Positions 57,739 to 64,000 of a DNA stretch of 64,000 bases are shown here, piece by piece. This DNA is from an uncultured Chloroflexia bacterium. GTDB lineage: Bacteria > Chloroflexota > Limnocylindria > Limnocylindrales > CSP1-4. Below the pieces are notes generated by a model. It did no database searches and was not told where the DNA came from. It was given only the letters and a program-made list of their open reading frames with translations. Made by a program: the position numbers and the translations under genes. Location: assembly GCA_963734535.1 (NCBI GenBank), contig CAVTHS010000008.1, positions 352,001 through 416,000 of the forward strand, written 5' to 3'. The number at the start of each line of letters is the position of its first letter. Position 1 is the first letter of the stretch.

Positions 57739-60700
57739 GCAGGCGCGAGTTCCACGTCTCGTCCGAGGCCCGGGCCCGCTACCGCCTGAACGAGACGCTC
57801 TTCGAGCTGTCGGGGAACGTCATCCTGGCGAACCTGCGAGCGGTCCGGGGCCTGGCCGCGGAGATGACCGCGCGCCGGCGCGCCGATGGCGTGGCCGACG
57901 CGACGATCAGCCCGGGCGAGCTCAACGCGCTCGGCCTCGTCGACGAGATCCTGCACGCCGTCGTCGGCATCTACCGCGAGCAGGAGGATCCGGAGGCGAT
58001 CGACGACGCGCTCGACCACCTCGACGAGGTCCTCGGCGCGGACGCCGTCGACGCGACGCTCGCCCGGTTCACCACGCGGTTTCCGCCGCTGGCGGTCCAC
58101 CGCGGGGAGCTGACGCCCCTCGACTACCTGGCCGGCGAGACCGACGGCACGCCCAACCGGGAGGTCGCCCTCGAGGAGCTCGCCAACTGCTGGCTCGCCA
58201 ACGCGAACCCGGCGGCCGACCCGTTCCGCGAGCTGTTCGATGACGCCGACCTGGCGGCCGCCACGCGTTATCGGGCCGTCATCGCGGAGATCGGTCGCTT
58301 CTTCGCCATGCGGACGCCGTTCGGGCCCCAGAGCCAGGACCTGGTGACGATGCTGCGCGCGCCGGCCGTGGCGGAACCGGCGAGCCTGGGCGGCCAGCTG
58401 CGCTGGATCCGCACCCACTGGGGTGCCTTCCTCGCGGCGGCGCTCGGGGACCGGTTCGGCGCGCTGCTGGACCGGCTGGTCATGGGCATCGACATCGCGG
58501 CCGAGGACGAGCGCGCCCTCTGGCTCCGCTTCCATGGCGGCCCCGGCGGGGGCGCCGCCGCCGAACCACCCGACTTCGGGGAGCTGGATGTGGAACCCGA
58601 GCGATTCTCGGAGGACAAGGCGTGGATGCCGCGCGCCGTCCTCATGGCCAAGAGCACCTACGTCTGGCTGGACCAGCTCTCGAAGTCGTACGGGCGCCCG
58701 ATCGGGCGTCTCGACGAGATCCCCGACGAGGAGCTGGACCGGCTCGCGCGCTGGGGGTTCGGCGGGCTCTGGCTGATCGGGCTCTGGGAGCGCAGCCTTG
58801 CGTCGCAGCGGATCAAGCAGCGCCGCGGGAACCCCGATGCCGTGGCGTCCGCCTACTCTCTGCGCGACTACGCGATCGCGGAGGACCTCGGCGGCGAGGC
58901 CGCCTACTCGAACCTGCGGGACCGCGCCTGGGCGCGCGGCATCCGCCTCGCGTCGGACATGGTCCCGAACCACATGGGGATCGACTCGCGGTGGGTGATG
59001 GAGCACCCGGACTGGTTCCTCTCGCGGCCGGACGCGCCGTACCCCGCGTACAGCTTCAGCGGCCCCGACCTCTCGGACGACCCGCGCGTGGGCGTCTACC
59101 TCGAGGACCACTACTGGGACGCCACGGACGCGGCGGTCGTCTTCAAGCGCGAGGACCGCGGGTCCGGCCACGTGCGCTACGTCTACCACGGCAACGATGG
59201 GACCAGCATGCCGTGGAACGACACGGCGCAGCTCGACTACCTTCGCGCCGACGTCCGGGAGGCGGTCATCCAGACGATCCTGGCCGTCGCCCGGCGCTTC
59301 CCGATCATCCGCTTCGACGCTGCCATGACGCTCGCCAAGAAGCACATCGAGCGGCTCTGGTACCCGGAGCCCGGGCAGGGCGGCGCGATCCCGTCACGCG
59401 CGGAATCGGCGATGTCGAAGGAGGCGTTCGACGCCGCGATCCCCGTCGAGTTCTGGCGCGAGGTCGTGGACCGGGTCGCCGCGGAGGTCCCCGACACGCT
59501 CCTCCTGGCCGAGGCGTTCTGGCTCATGGAGGGCTACTTCGTCCGGACGCTCGGCATGCACCGCGTCTACAACAGCGCCTTCATGAACATGCTCCGGGAC
59601 GAGAAGAACGCCGAGTATCGCCTCGTCGTCAGGAACACCCTCGAGTTCGACCCGGAGATCCTCAAGCGCTACGTGAACTTCATGAACAACCCCGACGAGA
59701 AGACCGCCGTGGAGCAGTTCGGGACCGGCGACAAGTACTTCGGGATCGCCACCGTGATGTCCACGATGCCGGGCCTGCCCATGTTCGGGCACGGCCAGGT
59801 GGAGGGCTTCGCCGAGAAGTACGGGATGGAGTTCCGCCGCGCCTACTGGGACGAGCGCCCGAACGAGGGTCTCGTGAGCCGTCACGAGTGGCAGATCTTC
59901 CCGCTCCTCCACCGCCGCCGGCTCTTCGCCGAGGTCCGCGACTTCCGCCTGTACGACGTCATCGACGACGGCGGCCATGTCAACGAGGATGTCTTCGCCT
60001 ACTCGAACCGGAGCGGCGACGAGCGGGCGCTCGTCGTCTACCACAACCGGTTCGGGTCGATGCACGGCCGCATCCGCCAGAGCGTCGCGTTCGCGGAGAA
60101 GGACGCCGACGGCGAGAAGCGCCTGGTCCGGTCCACGCTCGCGGAGGGCCTGGGCCTGGCCGACGCGCCCGGGGCGGTGGTGGTCTATCGCGACGTGCTC
60201 GCCGGGCTGGAGCACGTCCGCGAGATCTCCGACCTGCGGGCCCACGGGTTCCGGGTGGTCCTCGACGCGTACGCCACGCATGTCTACCTCGGCTGGCGCG
60301 AGGTCGCCGGCGAGGCCGCGGCGGAATACCGGGCGCTCGCCGGCGAGCTGGCAGGCGCTGGCGTGCCCAGCGTCGAGGCGGCCCTCGCCGAGCGGCGCCT
60401 CCGCCCGCTCCACGACGCGGTCGCCATCGTGATGAACGAGGGCCAGCTCCGCGACATCGTCGACGCGGTCGGGGCAACGCTCGCCGGGCATGCCCGCGCG
60501 GCGAAGGCGGTGTCCGGCGCGTTGCCCGCCACGTCGGTCATTCCCGGCGAACCGGGCGGATTCCCGGCGGCATCACCGACGCACCCGGCTCCGGGCGCAT
60601 CGGATGCGTCCGCTTCGGAGCAGGCGCCGGCATCCCCGACCGCGGAGCCCCCGCTCGCCCTCCCCGACCTCGATGGGATCGCGGCGTCGGCCGCGGCGCG

Positions 60701-61485
60701 CTGCGCGGACGCGCTCCGGGGTGCCCGCGCGGTGACGCACGCGGTCGTGGACGACGGGGCGATCGATGCGCTCGCGTCGCGCTTCGGTGCGCGGCTCCGG
60801 AGCGCGCTCCTGCTTGCCACGGACCCGGGCTCTGGTCGCGGGCCCGGCTCCGCCACCGGGGAGCCGGCCGAGGCAGCGGCGCTTGCCCACGCCCGGACGA
60901 ACGGTCGCCGACGCCCTGCCGCCCGACACCGCCACGTGGGGCGCGCTCCTGGGCTGGCTCGTGGCCGATGCGCTCGGCGGCATCCTGGAGCCCGACGACT
61001 CGGCGCGTCGAGCCCGCGGCTGGTTCGACCGGGCGAGCCTGGGCCGGGTGATGGCGGATGCCTACCGCTGGCGCGGGCTCGACGAGGGTGCCGCGTGGTG
61101 GACGGTGGAGGCCGTGCGCCACCTGCTGGCGCGGCCCGGGGACGCGGCCCTCGCCGCTCCCGAGGAGCAGCGGGCCGGCCGGCTGGTCCGGGCATGGTTC
61201 GCGGACGACGATCTGGGCCGCTGGCTCGGCGTCAACCGCCATGACGGAATCGCCTACGTGAACCGCGAATCGCTCGAGCGGGCGCTCCGCTGGATCGTCG
61301 TGGTGGCCGCCGTCGAGGGCGGCCTGGAAGCTGCCGGGGCCAGGGGCGCGGCGGGCAGCGGCGCGACGGGCGTGGATGCGATCGCGCGCGTGGTCGCGGC
61401 CGACGAGCTGAGCGTGCTCCTGGCGCGGGAGGCGGCAGCAGTCGGCTACCAGGTGGGCCGGCTCGTCGAGCACGTCACCCGCTGA
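57735..61485 (+). CDS. large GH13 alpha-amylase-family protein, frameshifted near 60900
   Basis: GLWLIGLWERS, SAYSL.DY, DMVPNH, PWNDTAQL, IRFDAAM, LLAEAFW, FMNNPDE, PGLPM. C-terminus continues in ORF 60766..61485. Confidence 0.87.
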
Positions 61486-61562
61486 GGCCCGGGCGTCCCG
61501 CGGACGGGGACGTCAGGCGCGGGCGGCCAGTCCAGCATCCCGCGTCGGCGCGCGGGACGGGA

Positions 61563-61823
61563 TCACCGTTCGCGACGACCGCGCGCGGGCTCCCGCTCCT
61601 TGATCTTCGGCTCGTGACCGGGGCGTGGCGGCCGCGGGAGCGTCCCGGGCGCCATGTCCGGCCGGCGCGGCTCGGGGCCCCGCGCGCGCGCCGCCTCGAC
61701 GCTCGTCGCGAACGCCTTGGCGACGGCAGGCGGGAGGCTGCCGATCCATGCGGCCTCGATCTGCTTGACCCGCTCCGTCTCCTCGGCGCGCCGCTCGCGC
61801 TCGCGCTTCGAGTGCTTCGTCAT
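61563..61823 (-). CDS. small basic hypothetical protein
   Basis: AGGAGAGGAA RBS before MTKHSKRERERRAEETERVKQIEAAW... Confidence 0.6.
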   Translation of the reverse strand: MTKHSKRERERRAEETERVKQIEAAWIGSLPPAVAKAFATSVEAARARGPEPRRPDMAPGTLPRPPRPGHEPKIKEREPARGRRER

Positions 61824-61914
61824 CCGTTCCTCTCCTGAGCCGAACCGGTGCGATCGCTGACCGGGGTGAGAGTGTACCGCTCGGGCGCCGATCGGGGCGC
61901 TATCGTTGGATGCG

Positions 61915-62802
61915 ATGTCCGGCCAGCTCGCTCTGCCCGTCTCGTTCACCGCGTACGGCGCCCGGTCCATGACCGCACCGCTCGTCGACGTCCTCGTCCA
62001 GCGCCCGGGGCGGGCCTTCGGTCGCGCGTTCGACGATCCGGCGCACGGCTTCCTCCACGCCGTCGATCTCGAGCGGGCGCAGCACGAGCACGACGCGTTC
62101 GTGGCGCTCCTGCGGCGGCTGGGCGTCATCGTCCACGAGCTGGGATCGGATTCCTGGCACCCGGACCTCGCGTACACGTTCGACCCCCTCCTCGTCACCG
62201 ATCGGGGCGCCATCCCCCTGCGCTCCGGCAAGCCGACCCGGCGCGGGGAGGAGGCCGAGCTCGAGCGGTGGATGAACGTTCGCGGAATCCCGACGCTGGG
62301 CCGGGTACGGGCGCCCGGGACCGTCGACGGCGGGGACACGTTCTGGCTTCGGCCCGACCTCTTCTGCATTGCGAGGACGCTCCGCTCCAACGACGCCGGG
62401 TCGCGCCAGCTCGCGGCGATCGTCGGCGGCGATGTCCGTGTCTTCGATGTCCCGTACTGGCGCGGGCCTGCCGAGCTGCTCCATCTCCTGTCCGTGATCT
62501 CGCCCGTCGCGGATGACCTCGCGGTCGTCTACCTGCCCCTCCTGCCGGCCGGGCTGTGGGAGCTCCTCGGGGACCTCGGGATCCGGCTCATCACCGTCCC
62601 CGACGAGGAGCTCCCAACCCTCGGCTGCAACGTCCTCGCGGTCCGGCCCGGCGTCTGCGTCGTGGCGGATGGCAACCCGGTCACTCGACGCGCACTCGAG
62701 GCGGCCGGCTGCGAGGTCCACGCGTACGCGGCACAGGAGATCGGGATCAACGGCTCGGGCGGCCCGACCTGCCTGGCCCGGCCGATCCTCCGGCTCGAAT
62801 GA
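61915..62802 (+). CDS. dimethylarginine dimethylaminohydrolase / amidinotransferase family protein
   Basis: HPDLAYTFDP, RRGE, DGGD, LHL.S and GSGGPTCL catalytic Cys. Confidence 0.88.
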   Translation: MSGQLALPVSFTAYGARSMTAPLVDVLVQRPGRAFGRAFDDPAHGFLHAVDLERAQHEHDAFVALLRRLGVIVHELGSDSWHPDLAYTFDPLLVTDRGAIPLRSGKPTRRGEEAELERWMNVRGIPTLGRVRAPGTVDGGDTFWLRPDLFCIARTLRSNDAGSRQLAAIVGGDVRVFDVPYWRGPAELLHLLSVISPVADDLAVVYLPLLPAGLWELLGDLGIRLITVPDEELPTLGCNVLAVRPGVCVVADGNPVTRRALEAAGCEVHAYAAQEIGINGSGGPTCLARPILRLE

Positions 62803-64000
62803 CCGACCGCCCCGCGGCCGGCGACCGGCAGGCCGACCCGGTCCGGCTGCGCCCGTCGCAGCGCCTCGCGGCAGGAGCGGTCGATCCAGCGGCCGTCGCC
62901 GAAGACCTCCTCGCGCTCTGCGCGATCCCGTCGGTCACGGGCGACGAGACCGCGGCCCGCGACCATCTCGCGCGTGCCCTCGAGCGGGCAGGCCTCGGGG
63001 TGCACGCGTGGGACGAAGACCCGGCAGCCCTTGCGACCGATCCGGCATTCCCGGGGATGGAGGTTCCCCGCACGGTCCTGCCGCTGGTGGCGGGGACGCT
63101 GCGGGGCGTGCTGCCGGGAAAGCGGCTCCTGCTCGTGGCGCACACCGACGTCGTGCCGCCTGGCGATCCGGCGACCTGGACGACACCGCCGTTCGCGCCC
63201 GAGGTCCGCGACGGCTGCGTGGTCGGCCGCGGCGCCTGCGACATGAAGGGCGGCCTGGTCGCCGCGCTCGCCGCCATCGGGGCGGTCGCGACGGCCGTCG
63301 GGGCGTCGGGGCTCGCGGGCGAGGTGGTCCTCGTCGGGGTCCCGTCCGAGGAGGACGGCGGAGCCGGCACGTTCGCCGCGATTCGGGCCGGCTACGTGGG
63401 CGACGCGGCCGTCATCCCGGAGCCCACCCGGCTGGAGATCGTCACGGTGTCCGCGGGCGCGATCACGTTCCGCCTGACGGTCCCGGGTCGTGCCGCGCAT
63501 GCGTCGACGCGCCGTGAGGGCGTCTCCGCGCTCGACAACCTCGAGCTGCTGCATGCGGCGCTCCGTGCGGACGAGAGTGTTCGCAACGCGTCGGAGACAC
63601 GGCCCGAGATGCGCGTGCTCGGGCTCCCCTATGCCACCATGATCGGGACGGTCCACGGCGGCGACTGGCCGTCCAGCCTGCCGGACCGGCTCGTCGCCGA
63701 GGGCCGCTACGGCGTCCGGGCGGGACAGACGGCGGCAGCGGCCGAGGCCGAGCTGCGGGCCGTGGTCGGCGCCGCATGTGCCGGTGACCCCTGGCTTCGC
63801 GATCATCCGGCCAGGCTCGACGTCTGGGGAGGACGCTTCTCGTCGTGCGAGGTGCCGGCCGGGCACCCGCTCGCTGCCGGCCTTGCGGACGCGGCCGCCG
63901 CGGTGATGGGCCATCGGCCGGCGCTCGTCGGCGTTCCCTACGGTTCCGACATGCGGCTGCTGGTCAACGAGGGCGGAACGCCGTGCGTCCTGTTCGGCCC
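62799..64000 (+). CDS. M20 family ArgE/DapE-like deacylase (runs off window)
   Basis: Manual translation: AHTDVVPPGD, PPF, GRGACDMKGG, SEEDGG, PEPT, GRAAHAS, YGSDMR. ATGA overlap with the upstream gene. Confidence 0.9.
   Translation, partial: MTDRPAAGDRQADPVRLRPSQRLAAGAVDPAAVAEDLLALCAIPSVTGDETAARDHLARALERAGLGVHAWDEDPAALATDPAFPGMEVPRTVLPLVAGTLRGVLPGKRLLLVAHTDVVPPGDPATWTTPPFAPEVRDGCVVGRGACDMKGGLVAALAAIGAVATAVGASGLAGEVVLVGVPSEEDGGAGTFAAIRAGYVGDAAVIPEPTRLEIVTVSAGAITFRLTVPGRAAHASTRREGVSALDNLELLHAALRADESVRNASETRPEMRVLGLPYATMIGTVHGGDWPSSLPDRLVAEGRYGVRAGQTAAAAEAELRAVVGAACAGDPWLRDHPARLDVWGGRFSSCEVPAGHPLAAGLADAAAAVMGHRPALVGVPYGSDMRLLVNEGGTPCVLFG

Overview
Very GC-rich bacterial chromosome segment. Gene content suggests Chloroflexota or Actinomycetota; this is inference, as there is no rRNA marker. 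Positions 1-31 kb are metabolic and housekeeping: a probable low-oxygen DevS/DevR-type module (PFOR, CoA-transferase, two-domain multicopper oxidase, USP), an aminotransferase/ALDH/CoA-transferase catabolic cluster, fabI, a Fur regulator with a fused CbiM-N-Q/CbiO Ni/Co transporter, two ABC-2 systems and a CopC cluster. About 31.5-57.7 kb is a near-complete Streptomyces-type contractile injection system (CIS): sheath, two tubes, LysM tube initiator, VgrG, gp25, baseplate J, tail-I, cap DUF4255, AAA ATPase, DUF4157 protein, plus LuxR and MalT/BTAD regulators. No capsid, terminase, T6SS membrane complex, PAAR, tail fibre or lysis genes are seen. Notable points are an apparent programmed -1 frameshift (G GGG GAA) joining the tail chaperone to a start-less DUF6760 ORF ahead of a tape-measure-like protein, and two paralogous zinc-ribbon/TM/glycan-binding (CisA-like) membrane proteins flanking the CIS. 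The second paralog is translationally coupled to a large GH13 enzyme. Three single-base frameshifts probably reflect sequencing errors. All family calls come from motif recognition by eye, not database searches.
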